NCBI GenBank assembly: GCA_043228905.1
Contig: JBHGNT010000012.1
Span: 7,006,001 to 7,070,000, forward strand
DNA: 64,000 bases
Direction of reading: 5' to 3'
From: Azolla caroliniana
Taxonomy: Eukaryota; Plantae; Polypodiophyta
In this document: positions 14,201 to 26,695 of the stretch, piece after piece
Position numbering within the stretch: position 1 is the stretch's first letter
Layout: every line of letters begins with the position of its first letter
The notes under the pieces: generated by a model
What the model saw: only the letters and a program-made list of their open reading frames with translations
Told to the model about the DNA's origin: nothing
The model's database searches: none
Translations under genes and position numbers: made by a program

Positions 14201-15650
14201 AAGTGAGCATTAAAGTACTTGTCAGTACTTTTGTCAGCCCGTTGTTAGGGGCTTGTATAAAAAGTGCTCTATGAGCACATTGTATATAAAGAGTGTTGTT
14301 ATTTTGAATTTAAGTTTTTTGTTGTTTGATAACTCTGTCTCTCTCTTACTTTGTGCTCCATTCTTTGGGTTTTACCTAACCGTCTACTATTCTCTGACTC
14401 AATCAGTTGTGTTTGTTGTGTAAAGCTTCCGCACACGTAAACTTTTTCATGGTATTACAACGCGAGGGTTAGAAGAATCCTTTGCAGTCGACAAACACTT
14501 CGACATACACAAGCTTTTGAATTCAAAACAAAAATTGAAAGGAGCATGGACAGAGGAATGTGTAGCTCCCTGCCAACAAAAAAGCTTGATAGGAGCAACT
14601 ATGCATCTTGGGCATACAAGATGCACCAATACTTGCTTAGGCATGGGTATTGGAGCTATGTGGAAACAAACGATGCAACACCGGAGCCGACACATAGGGA
14701 TTTCCCGGTCTGGGAACAGGCGGCAAGCAAATTCCTATACTTCTTTGCATCATGTGTGAGCGATTAGTTGCTCGGCTACATCCGGAATGCAAGACGCCAA
14801 AAGAAGCTTGGGGAAATCTGAAGAAGATCTTTATTGCAAGCACAACGACCAAGAAGTTGTAGCTTAGGCAAGGGCTGAACAACATCCAATAGAGACATGT
14901 CGGTGGCCGATTATATAGGTCTCAAAGATCAAGGAGATTTGTGATGCACTAGGCTCCATCAACATGACGGTGGATGACGATGAGATGGTGCAGGTCTGCC
15001 CAGGAGGTTTGGCATAGAGGTTCAGATCATTCCGAATGACGATCTACACGAGGGACAAAACATTGTCCTTCTACGAGTTGCAATCAATGCTTCTCGTCGA
15101 GGAGAAACATGTGGGTGTGTCGACGAGCACGCATGCCGACAACAAAATGTTGTACACGGAGGTAGATTAGCCCCGTGGTCATGGAGGATGAGGCGGTTCG
15201 GCACACAACAATGGTGGCTGACATGAGCCGAATTAGAGGCACAACAGGGGTGTCGATAACAATAGTGGACCCTCCACAAGTAGGGGGAGTCAAGGTGGAG
15301 CTGGAAGTTGACAAAACAAAACCACTGATTGTTGCTATTGTGGTAGGAAGGGTCATAGGGAAAACAAGTGCTACAAGAAATGTGTTGATTCGAACAAAGG
15401 CCAAACCAAGCCGAACCGACACCGAGCGTCGGTAGAGATCGCACTACCCAGAAGGATTAGGGCAAGCCGGACAAGCCCTACATTTGTCATGAAGCACAAA
15501 GCCAATCAAATGGGCTTGAGCACTTTGAAGCATGTATTTTTAGAGGAAACTTTAACTCTTATTAGAAAAATTGTAACTAATGAGGTGTTGGGAGACAGGT
15601 CCCTCCGGATGGGAAGGGAGAAGAACAGTGCCGATCGGCCGAGGCCGAAA

Positions 15651-15949
15651 CCAGATGACGAGTACCCGGCTACGGAGAGCCGGATGGTGCAGACCCGATG
15701 AAGACCGGATGAGGAGTACCCGGCTACGGAGAGCCGGATGGTGCAGACCCGGTCAAGACCGGATGAGGAGTACCCGGCTACGGAGAGCTGGATGGTGCAG
15801 ACCCGGTGAAGACCGGATGAGGAGTACCCGGCTACGGACAGCCGGATGAGGAGTACCCGGCTACGGAGAGCCGGATGGTGCAGACCCGGTGAGAACCGGA
15901 TGAGGAGTACCCGGCTACGGAGAGTCGGATGGTGCAGACCCGGTGAGAA
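15651..15949 (+). repeat. 54-bp tandem array in U3 of the B1 5' LTR (5 full units plus a 29-bp partial)
   Basis: Unit CCGGATGAGGAGTACCCGGCTACGGAGAGCCGGATGGTGCAGACCCGGTGA(AGA/GAA). Confidence 0.95.
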
Positions 15950-16451
15950 GTGCTCACCGGATGAAGAGACATATTCGTAAATATGTTTCTGAGAGTCCAT
16001 CATGGCTATATTTGTAAATAGCCAAAAAGTCATATTAGTATAAATATGACTTAGGGCAAACTTTTAGTTGTGGTTGTTATTCTTGTTGGTGCAAGAAGAA
16101 GAGAGAGCGCGTAACAGTGTACAGAGAGAGAGAGAGAGAGAGAAAGAGGTCGTTGCCTCTGTTGTAACCGCCGCCTGTGGCGAAGATCGTGAGCACGAGG
16201 TCGTTGCCTCCGTGAACTCATTGTTGTACATTCTAACATAGTGATAGTTTGCAGCTTGTGGGCTGCCGTGGTTTTTCCCTTAGTTTGGGTTTTCCATGTA
16301 AACATCCTGTGTACATTTTTTCTTCCCCTTTGTGTCGCGTGTTTTTCGTTTCCTATTTTCTGTGTATGATTCTAAGCTCGGTCGTGGCCGAGCGTTGCAT
16401 AAGGAGCGTTGAGTTCCCGTCAAGTGGTATCAGAGCGAAACGACACAGAAA

Positions 16452-19400
16452 ATGGACGAATCGTTAGGAGGCATGTTCAAGCTCACCGGCTCCAACTATT
16501 CGGTATGGAAGTCGAAGATGAGGGACATGCTCGCGGTTAAAGACCTCTGGCTGCCGGTTCAGTTCGGGGACAACAGATCGGACAAAATCGACGCTGCGAT
16601 ATGGGAGGTGATGCACATGAAGACAACGGCGTACATACGGTGCTTCATCGACATGAGCCTGTACAACAACTTCAATGAGGAGAGCAAGGCTCACGAGCTC
16701 TGGGAGAAGATCGACATAATGTTTCAAAACAAAAATGCTGTTAATCAGGTTTCGGTATTCCGGAAGCTAGTAAGACTCCGGTACCAACATGGCTCCAGCA
16801 TGGCGGAGCACATGAATGCCTTCCAGGGGCTGATCCACCAGGCAACATCATTGGAAGTACCTCTCGCCGACGAGGTACTAGCGCTACTCCTGCTTGGTTC
16901 CCTCCCGGATAGTTGGGAGACGTTGGTTGTCACTTTGGGCAACGCCGGGCCGAAAGGAAAGCGGTTATCCCTAGCAAGAGTAAAGTCGAGCTTGCTAGAT
17001 GAGGAGGCGCGTCGGAAAGATAAAGATATGAGCTCCGACTCCAAAGCGCTCCTTACCGAATCGGAACGCGGAAGACATATAAACCGTAGTCCCCAGAACC
17101 GGGAGAAGTCGGGTACACGGTCAAAGTCAAGGGGGAGGCCCACTTGCTTCTATTGTGGCAAGCCGGGACACTTCCAAAAGAACTGTCGGCATTTCCGTAA
17201 CGACGAGGAAACCGACGGTACCGATTCGAAGCGGACCCCGGACTGGAACGGTAAAGACCGGAGGGGAACGGACCGGAAGGGAACGACGACAATCACGGCA
17301 AGTGAAGAAGAGTTGATGCTCATCACCGAGGAGAGTGAGATAAACCTTGCCGACGACGAGATGACCTGGGTGGTCGACTCTGGAGCGTCGTTCCACCTTA
17401 CCCCGGACCGGAAATGCTTCTCATCCTACTCAGCCGGTGATCACGACTGTGTCCGGATGGGGAATGAAGGAACATGCCGAATTGTCGGCATAGGAGACGT
17501 GTGGCTGACAACACCAACCGGATGCAAGTTGCTGCTGAAGGATGTTCGACACGTTCCGGAGGTTCGTATGAACCTGATATCAGCCGGTCGGCTAGATGAT
17601 GAAGGCTACACGGGTAGCATCCGGAACGGTGTCATGAAGTTCAGCAAAGGGAGCCTCATTGTGGCTCGGGCCTAGAAGGTCAACACACGTTACCTGATGA
17701 ATGCTCGGTTATGTCCGGAAGTAGTGAACGTGGCATCCGACACTGCCGGTGAGCTGTGGCACAAGAGGCTGTTTCATATGAGCGAGAAGGGGATGAAGAG
17801 GCTTGCAGACGACAACCTCATTCCAGTGAAGAACATGCACTTGGAGAAGTGCACTGATTGTCTGGCCGGTAAGCAAAACCAGACTTCCTTCCGACGAAGG
17901 CCACCGATGAGACGTAATGCACTACTGGAGTTGGTGCATACGGATGTGTGTCAAGTAGACACGAAGTCACATGACGGAGCGCAGTACGTCGTGACGTTCA
18001 TAGATGACCACAGCCGGAAGCTGTTGGCCACACCGTTGAAGACGACAGATCAGGTGCTATCCGTCTTCAAAGAGCTCCACGTGAGAGTGGAAAGAGAAAC
18101 CGGCCGGAAGCTGAAGGCGGTTCGAGCAGATAACGGAGGAGAATACCGGGGGCAGTTTGAGGAGTACTGCCGCTCGAAGGTAATCCGGCTCGAATTTACC
18201 GTGCCGAAGATGCCAGAACTAAACGGACTGGCGGAGAGGATGAACCAGACCATAATGGAGAGGGTTCGGAGTATGCTAGCGCATGCAAAACTACACAAGA
18301 AGTTTTGGGCTGAGGCACTATCGAGGACGACATATGTGATAAATAGATCACCCTCAGTACCCTTGGACGGAGACACGCCATAGACAGTGTGGACCGGTAA
18401 GGAAGTATCCTACCGGCATCTGAAGGTGTTCGGGTGTCTCGCGTACGTGCATGTAGCTAAGGACCGGAGAGGAAAGTTAGATCCAAAGACCCGGCCATGC
18501 ATATTCCTCGGTTACGGCAACGATGAGTTCGGCTACCGAGTGTGGGACTTGGTCGACAAGAAGGTATTCCGGAGTCATGATATTATCTTCATGGAGGACA
18601 AGACGCTCGCCGACTGGGAGTCGGAGAAGAAAATAATGAGCTCCGAGTCGACCGGTAAGGATCGACTCTACGATGAGCAGACCCAACCGGCAAGAGACCG
18701 GTTAGCACTCGAGGGACCAGCCGGTTACGGTGAGGATACCAAACAGGCTGAAGAAGAAGTAGAGGAAGCTTAAACCGGAACCGGCCAAGACCCCGAATCG
18801 GATTTGGATGAAGAGCAAATGAAGGAGCCGGTTACCGAAGCCTGAAGACGGAGATATCCTCTCAGAGAGAGAAGGCCCCCCCGGAGATTTCCGGATGCAG
18901 AGCATGTTTTGCTGACCGATGAGGGGGAGCCGGAAAGCTTCGAAGAAGTGAAGGATGACGCCCACAACCACAAATGGTTAAGTGCCATGCAGGATGAGAT
19001 GGATTCCCTGCATGAGAACCATACGCACGAATTGGTGGAGTTGCCGAAAGGAAAGCGGGCACTCCGAAACAAGTGGGTGTACAAGTTGAAACCGGGAGAT
19101 GCCGGCAACCCCCCGAGATACAAAGCCAGGATCGTGGTGAAGGGGTTCCAGCAGAAGAAGGGCGTGGACTTCGACGAGATATTTGCCCCGGTAGTAAAGA
19201 TGACCTCCATCCGGACGGTGCTGAGTATAGCGGCAAGCATGGACCTGGAGGTAGAGCAGCTAGATGTGAAGACGACATTCCTTCACGGTGACCTCGAAGA
19301 GGAGATCTACATGCAGCAATCGGAAGGATTCGTGGAGAAAGGGAAGGAGCACCTGGTTTGCCGGTTGAAGAAGAGCCTCTACGGGTTGAAGCAGGCCCCT

Positions 19401-20498
19401 CGGCAATGGTACCGGAAGTTCGACTCCTTCATGACCGATCAAGGGTACCACAAGACCCAGGCCGATCACTGCGTGTTTGTGAAGAAGTTCGAAGGAGGCG
19501 ACTTCCTAATACTCCTTCTGTACATGGATGACATGTTGATCGTCGGACGCGACCAAGTCAAAATACGGATGCTGAAGAAGGCTCTCAACTGGAACTTCTC
19601 AATGAAAGACTTGGGTCCGGCAAGACAGATGCTCGGGATGCACATCATTCGGGACCGGTCAAAGAAGCAATTATGGATGTCACAGGAGAAGTATGTGACA
19701 AAGGTGCTTCACCGGTTCAACATGTCAGATGCGAAACCAGTCGGCTCGACACTTCCGGCAAACTGCAGGCTATCCGGTAAGCAAAGCCCGAAGACGAAAG
19801 CAGAGAAGGCGGATATGATGAAGATTCCATATGCCTCTGCCGTCGGGAGCTTGAAGTACGCAATGGTGTGTACCCGACCGGATATAGGATATGCAGTCGG
19901 AGTGGTGAGCCGGTTTATGAGCAATCCCGGCAAGGAGCACTGGAACGCGGTCAAATGGATACTCCGGTATTTGAAGGGCACTTCAAATATGTGTTTCCGA
20001 TTTGGCTCCGGAAAACCTCAACTTGACGGTGTCACCGATTTGGACATGTCGGCTGATGTGGACACCAGCCGGTCTACATCCGGGTATGTAATGACATATG
20101 CAAGGGGAGCTGTTTAGTGGCAGTCGAGGTTGCAGAAGACGGTTGCATTGTCAACCACGGAGGCGGAGTACATGGCGGCTGTGAAAGCCGGCAAGGAAAT
20201 ATTATGGATGAAGGACTTCATCGGAGAGCTCGGTATCCGGCAATATGAATACCGGCTCTATTGCGACAGTCAAAGTGCCATCCATCTTGCTAAGAATGCG
20301 GCCTACCATTCCCGGACGAAGCATATCCAGCGAAGATATCACTGGATCCGGGAAAGAGTAGATGACCAGGAGTTCGCACTAACGAAGATCTACATGACCG
20401 AGAACGGGTCAGATATGTTGACCAAAGTGCTGATACCCGACAAGTTGGATGCATGCCGGAAGAGGATCAGACTAGTAAGACACCCCATGCCGGAGTGA
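16452..20498 (+). pseudogene. B1 gag-pol polyprotein broken by in-frame stops
   Basis: Consecutive in-frame ORFs carry the zinc knuckle CFYCGKPGHFQKNC, protease WVVDSGASFH, integrase LELVHTDVC/DNGGEY, RT LYMDDML and RNase H STTEAEY. Confidence 0.95.
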
Positions 20499-20573
20499 AG
20501 GGGGAGTTTGTTGGGAGACATGTCCCTCCGGATGGGAAGGGAGAAGAACAGTGCCGATCGGCCGAGGCCGAAA

Positions 20574-20898
20574 CCGGATGACGAGTACCCGGCTATGGAG
20601 AGCCGGATGGTGCAGACCCAGTGAAGACCGGATGAGGAGTACCCGGCTACGGAGAGTCGGATGGTGCAGACCCGGTGAAGACTGGATGAGGAGTACCCGG
20701 CTATGGAGTGCCGGATGGTGCAGACCCGGTGAAGACCGGATGAGGAGTACCCGGCTACGAAGAGCCGGATGGTACAGACCCGGTGAGAACCGGATGACGA
20801 GTACCCGGCTACGGAGAGCCGGATGGTGCAGACCCGGTGAGAACCGGATGAGGAGTACCCGGCTACGGAGAGCCAGATGGTGGAGACCCGGTGAGAAG
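20574..20898 (+). repeat. 54-bp tandem array in U3 of the B1 3' LTR (6 full units)
   Basis: Same unit as in the 5' LTR. Confidence 0.95.
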
Positions 20899-23629
20899 TA
20901 CTCACCGGATGAAGAGACATATTCGTAAATATGTTTCTGAGAGTCCATCATGGCTATATTTGTAAATAGCCGAAAAGTCATATTAGTATAAATATGACTT
21001 AGGGCAAACTTTTAGTTGTGGTTGTTATTCTTGTTGGTGCAAGAAGAAGAGAGAGCGCGTAACAGTGTACAGAGAGAGAGAGAGAGAGAAAGAGGTCGTT
21101 GCCTCTGTTGTAACTGCCGCCTGTGGCGAAGATCGTGAGCACGAGGTCGTTGCCTCCGTGAACTCACTGTTGTACATTCTAACATAGTGATAGTTTGTAG
21201 CTTGTGGGCTGCCGTGGTTTTTCCCTTAGTTTGGGTTTTCCACGTAAACATCTTGTGTACATTTTTTCTTCTCCTTTGTGTCACGTGTTTTCCGTTTCCT
21301 GTTTTCTATGTATGATTCTAAGCTCGGTCGTGACCGAGCGTTGCATAAGGAGCGTTGAGTTCCCGTCATGAGGATTTCAAGTATCTGGTGGTTTCTCACT
21401 AGACATTATAGGGAGGTTTATGATATTTTCAGTCCTTCACCTGTTCGCAACCTCATGTTCAAAAAGCTCTAACTACATAGAATTTGAAAGTCCATCTTAT
21501 GTTCATATTTTCTATGCTTGTAGTATGAATAGTTCGTTCAATTCTATGGATACACACACGTGCCTGTTAAACAAAGACGAAGTTCCATTTTTTGCTTCTC
21601 AAATTGACTACAAGGTTCTCTTCGGGTTTGGGGAAAGCCCTTGGACTTTCTCCATCACTCACTCGTTGCCTCTCCGCAGCAAGAGCTTCATTTATCATGC
21701 CCGAAAAGAGTATATGGGATTTGATACCCTCCTCGCCTACAATCAATCATTCCCAAGGGGGTTATCAATCAATTATCTCTCCTTGCGTAGGATTTTCTCA
21801 CGATCTGACAAGCAAGCTATGCCTCTCTTGCGAGTAAATCTTTTCTTCGGAATAGTAGTACTGATGAAGAAAAAGCCTTTTTTCCGCCTAGATACTTAGG
21901 ATGTAACAACATGGGCCTCGATCATGCCTTGTGTAGAAAAGTATTTATATCTCCTCCGAGATGGGCGAGTGATCTTCCTCCTAGCAAGTGAGCGATTTTG
22001 GGTGCGAAGATGCAAAAAAATAGTCAATGGGAGAATCCAAGTATGGTACGTGGACTTTGGCGCATCGAACCACATGATGAACCATAAATAATGGTTCTCC
22101 AACTCTAGAGAAGCCGGAGTAACCAAGTGTCATTGAGACGGGCGACAACACTACTCACTCAATTGAGCACATTAGAGATGTCCCTTTGAGCCATGTCGGC
22201 TAGAGAGGAATCATGAGGAACGTCCTGCATGTGCTGACGATCACCAAGAATTTGGTGTCAGTTAGACAAATCGTCAATCAAGGCATGCATGTGCAGTTCA
22301 CTCACCATGGCTGCTTCATCGAGGAAGAAGGCCGGATCATCGCGCGAGGGTGCAGAGACGAGAGGATGTTCATCCTTGATACCAATGATGTCGACGCCAC
22401 TATGTTCACCAAAAGGCAAAAGGTCGAGTTTGACATCGATCTGTGGCACAAGCAGATCAACCATATCAACTTGCCACGACTTCAAGAGATACAAACGAAG
22501 CAAATTGTTTTCGGCTTGCGGAAATTCAGTCAAGTAGGGAAGCAACACCAACTCCCATTCCCTAATGAGCACAACCGGAGTCGAAACAAGCTCGACTTGA
22601 TTCATTCAAACATATGGGGATTGGCACAGAATGTTAACATTGGCAGGAGTCAATATTGTGTCTCCTTCATTGATGACTACACCAGACACACATGGATCTA
22701 TTTGATAGAGAAGAAAAGTGATGTCTCCTCTTGTTTCTGGAATTTGAAAAATCTGATAGAGAGGGAAACAGAAAGAAAGATCAAGTGCTTGTGGTCAAAT
22801 GGCGAAAAAGAATACTTTTCTGGCCAATTCAACTAATATCTGCATCAGGAGGGAATTCGACACGAATTCTCCTGTAGATACACACTGGAGCAGAATGATG
22901 TGGTGGAAAGGAAGAATTGGATGATCGTGGAAGTGACCGGGGCAATGCTCGAGGCAAAGAGCATGCCGAAGTTCTACTAGGCTAAAGTCGTTAGGACGGT
23001 TTTCTACATCCAGAATTAGATTTCTACACATGGAGCCAAAGTGTCGCCATGAACTGTACTTCAGCCGGATGCTGAACTTGGTGCATTTGAGGATGTTTCG
23101 TAGCATAGTGTATGTGCATGTGCCGGACGAGAAGCGAAAGCATCTTGATGTCAAAGCCAAAAAATGCTTCTTGCTTAGCTAATCAAATGAACAGATGGGG
23201 TATAAGTATTATAACCCCACGACGAAACATGTGTGAGTCAGCCAAGATGTTGTGTTCAACGAATCGGCTTCGTGGTATGCACTTCTTGCTACTCTGACTC
23301 CAGAGAACTCCTTGCCGAATTCTGAAGATGAGATGAGTGAGGCCTATATAATTGAGGAGGAAATCGTCACTCAGGAGGAGAGTTTGATTTCATTTCGGTT
23401 GAGTGGGCCGATTGAAGAATCGAGCCATGAGAAGCTAGCGAGCGATGAGGACTCGACCGTGAAGTCCCCCAAACAAAAGTCCAAGAGAAGGCTGTCTCGT
23501 AGAGAGAAAGGGAAGAAGAAGATGCCAGAGTACAGCACAGATGATATGAGTAGTGATGGAGGACCTCAAGAATTGAGGTCGGATTCGGCCAAGAGCGTCT
23601 TGAAATCGGCTAACGAGAAGTTATGCCAT

Positions 23630-26372
23630 TGTTGCGAAGATTCGCGCGTGCGTGTGCTACTCGAGCGGGACCGCCGGGGTCTTAGACCAAGGAGGACGTT
23701 CACCAAGTTATCGAGAAACAATGTTACCCTTGAGAAGATCAAAGGTTGATGATTATAAGAAGAACAATAAGAAGTATAATAAGATTGATCGAAGATAAAA
23801 TAAGAAGTACAGTAAGAAGTATAATTATAAGAAGAATTTTATATTGATGATGATGATGATGATGATCTTCCAATTTAGCCCCCCTTACACAAGCCCAACT
23901 AGAGGCTTTTATAGGTCTCTCCATGCTTGTGACATACAAAAAACCATGGGTTTGAAGCCATGGTTTTTGTTCACACGGTTTTGCTTGTGACATGCATAAA
24001 ACCATGGGCTTGGAACCATGGTTTTCGTGCACACGGTTTTGTATGGTTGTTTCCTATGTAATTTGAATTAGAAAAGGAAATACATAAAAGTTAAAGAACT
24101 TGATAATAACCCTAATGGTAAGTCAAACATTTTTTTATCTTGGAGGTGCAAGGTTCAAACCCTACTTGCACCCCTTGTATGGAGTAAAATGAGACTAAGC
24201 CTTAGGCTTATTCATATCTACAAGTGTTTGTGTAATGTTTGTGGACCCACACTTTTTCATTTTTTCTCCCATTGGACACGCAACATCGCGACATTCACCC
24301 CCACCAAACTGCACATCCTCCGACATTTGCCAAGAAGAAAATAGTGATGTGGCGGGATCAACGGTGGTTGCCCTTTGATTTCCTCCTTCATTGCTCCTCG
24401 CTTGTGCCGTTATTTTTCCTCCACTTCGAATCTCTCCCTTCTTTCAACCCAAAACGCCACCGCCATCTGACCCACCATATCCTTTGCCTGTACCTTTCAC
24501 CACGACCGGATGCCGTGGGCTCCATGGCTTGCATCAAGTATATCTCTTTGTGCACCATGCATGTGCCACCTTCATACCGTCCATCTCCTTGGTCAAAACA
24601 CTTTGATCCTTCATCCTTTCTCCTCTTGTGCTTGCCTTCAAAAAGCCCCATCCGAAAACCGATGTTGACTACCCATAATAGTCCTTTCTTCAAGTACATG
24701 CTCACCTCGAGGTCCTTAAGTGACAACATTGCATGCTTCCCATTTCGTCCACTCTCGTGGTATACTCTCATGATAGAGTTTGCCAACTACTCCAATCTCC
24801 ACGCTAGTGTCCTCCTCCACATTAGATGTCGTCATTAAATCTCGAAGAACACCCTTCAAATCCACCCAACCGGCTTGGCCATCACCGTCTGTCGTCATGC
24901 TTCACTTCGTCTATTCATTATACACACCAGCTTAATCCTTTGCTTCCTCGCCGCCACCTTCCGTATCCTCGGTCTCACATTGGTTCTCGGATGCAACTAC
25001 CAAAGCCTCAAGAACTAGTAGGGAGAAAGACTCGGCACTGTCGTCTTTCGTTGTTTTGCCCATGGCCACCTCAACCATCTCTCCACCGTATGCATAGGCT
25101 TTGACCTTCGTTTCCTCGCCGCCACCTTCCCATCTCTTCGGTCTCACGTTGGTTCTTGGATGCAACTACCAAAGTCTCTGGAACAAGTGTGGAGGAATCC
25201 TCTCCATGGTCATTGCTCGCTCTTGCCGATGTCATCATCTGCGTTGTCTTGGTCCTTCTCTTACTCGCTGCCACCATTTGTCTCTTGGGTCTGACGTTGG
25301 TTCCCAGATGCAACTGCCCTAGTCTTTGGAACTAGTGTGGGGGAAGTCTCAACACAACCATCCACCATCGACTCGTCCATAGCCACCTTCGCCTTGACGT
25401 CGTTATCCGTCGCTATCTCTTCAACTCATAGGCATGACCCTCTTTTTCCTCCTCGATCATGCAAGGTTCGATTATGCTTGCCCCTTCATCACCTAATGTT
25501 TCAAAGTGGTGTTTGCCACTCTCGAATCATCGACCTTATCCTTGGTTATCATTCCTTTGCAAGATGAGAGGATGGCTTGCTCCACACCCTCTCCCATGGT
25601 ACCATCGTAACATACTTTGGTCTTTGTATTGGACACATAATTCGACCTCAATCATTGGGAGGCAACTTCCACCTCGTCCATCATTTGCCTCGGCTTTGGC
25701 TCTATTGTAACCTTCTCTTCGGCCTCGGCCTTCTCCTTCAAGCTCTCATACACCTCCCTTATCAAGGCTTCCATGTCAAGTACCACCAAACCTTTATGCT
25801 TCGAGACCTCTTCCTTTGTTGGTAGCTCGTCGTCACATTTCACCTTTCTTTGACCATCTCTTGTGGGCCGTGTTGTTACTGACGAGATTCCGACTCGCCC
25901 CTTATCTTGTAGTCAACATACTCTTTCCACTTTGGTTCAATCCTCGGCGAGGCCATTTGCACCATCATCATCTTCGAGTTTGAGTCCAATGACCATCCTT
26001 TCCATTCGATCAATCGACTTCATGGACAATAACACTTTATCCACCCCCACCAATCTTTGATCCCACTCTGAGAGTTCGGCAAAATGATGCTCAAACTCTA
26101 GGAACGCATGCATGGCACCTTGGTGGGTCTTCGTCGATGACACCCATCGGTCGAACTCGCACTGACCTTCTCCCTTCGGTTTTTCGTAACCATATGCCTC
26201 CAATAGGCCTTCCTCGAAGGACACCCACAAATCATGAGCTTCTCGAAGCTCTTTGACCTCTTTGTGTATCGGTACTACTACTACCCGGAAAAAATATTCT
26301 AGTCTCATAGCTTCGTCGACACCTCGCCAATCCATCTTGGCATTGTAGGATTTTAGAAACATTTGAACTTCG
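23630..26372 (-). mobile_element. Element C: non-autonomous Gypsy-like element (3' LTR 23630-24293, PPT, decayed gag-like region). The 5' end is missing.
   Basis: Termini TGTTGCGA...TCGCGACA. Minus-strand PPT TGGTGGGGGTGAA at 24294-24306 and minus TATAAAAG near 23910. Gag-like ORF at 25937-26362. The LTR shares a ~95-bp block with the LTR of element D. No pol motifs seen. Confidence 0.75.
24969..25340. repeat. Three diverged internal repeats in element C
   Basis: GGTCTCAC-TTGGTTC---GATGCAACT-CC...GAAC-AGT occurs at about 24970, 25140 and 25288. Confidence 0.8.
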
Positions 26373-26653
26373 TGTTGGGAAATCGGTCCCTTCGGATGGG
26401 ATCCGGTGATGAATGAAAAGGACCCAATGAGAACTGGAAGAGATCCGGAAATCGGAGGAGACCTGGTGAGAACTAGAAGAGAAGAGCCAGTGAGAACAGG
26501 AAGAGAGACATATCTGTAAATATGTTTTTTCGAGTAAGCCTATTGAGGCTATATTTGTAAATAGCCCTAAGTTTATATAAGCATAAATATGACTTAGGGC
26601 AGTCACTTTATGTTGGTTGTGTGTTGTAGCCATATTGTTGTATGTGCATAACT

Positions 26654-26693
<40 letters not shown>
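26373..26693 (+). mobile_element. Truncated LTR related to the B family, ending in (GA)n
   Basis: It starts TGTTGGGAAATCGGTCCC and shares GGCTATATTTGTAAATAGCC and ATAAATATGACTTAGGGCA with the B LTRs. It breaks off at the GA microsatellite. Confidence 0.85.

Positions 26694-26695
<2 letters not shown>

Larger units (their letters stand above)
15586..21368 (+). mobile_element. Element B1: full-length Ty1/Copia (Tnt1/Tork-like) with several nonsense mutations
   Basis: LTRs 15586-16422 and 20509-21368 (TG...CA). TSD TGAGG at 15581-15585 and 21369-21373. PBS-Met TGGTATCAGAGC at 16425-16436. PPT GAAGGGGGAG at 20497-20506. Confidence 0.97.
15533..22039 (-). mobile_element. Probable solo LTR (~720 bp: 15533-15585 plus 21374-22039), inserted in A and itself split by B1
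   Basis: Non-coding segment with TG...CA termini (TGTATT / AATCCA) that interrupts A between gag and protease. The flanks AGCA/AGTA resemble a mutated 4-bp TSD. A TATAAAT lies on the minus strand near 21945. Confidence 0.55.
14011..23629 (+). mobile_element. Element A: degenerate Ty1/Copia (5' LTR ~14011-14449, gag 14546-15532, PR/INT 22040-23629). It is interrupted by nested insertions and has no 3' half.
   Basis: Decayed PBS TGGTATTACAACG at 14450. Gag KLDRSNYASWAYKMHQYL, protease VWYVDFGASNHM at about 22041, and integrase LDLIHSNIWG...SFIDDYTRHTWIY. Many stops. The LTR start is approximate. Confidence 0.8.

Noticed and set aside
15506-16033. 18-aa repeat ORFs and a CRISPR-like appearance in B LTR arrays (also 20390-20981)
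   Set aside because: These are contiguous 54-bp tandem units with no unique spacers and no cas genes. The ORFs arise because 54 is divisible by 3.
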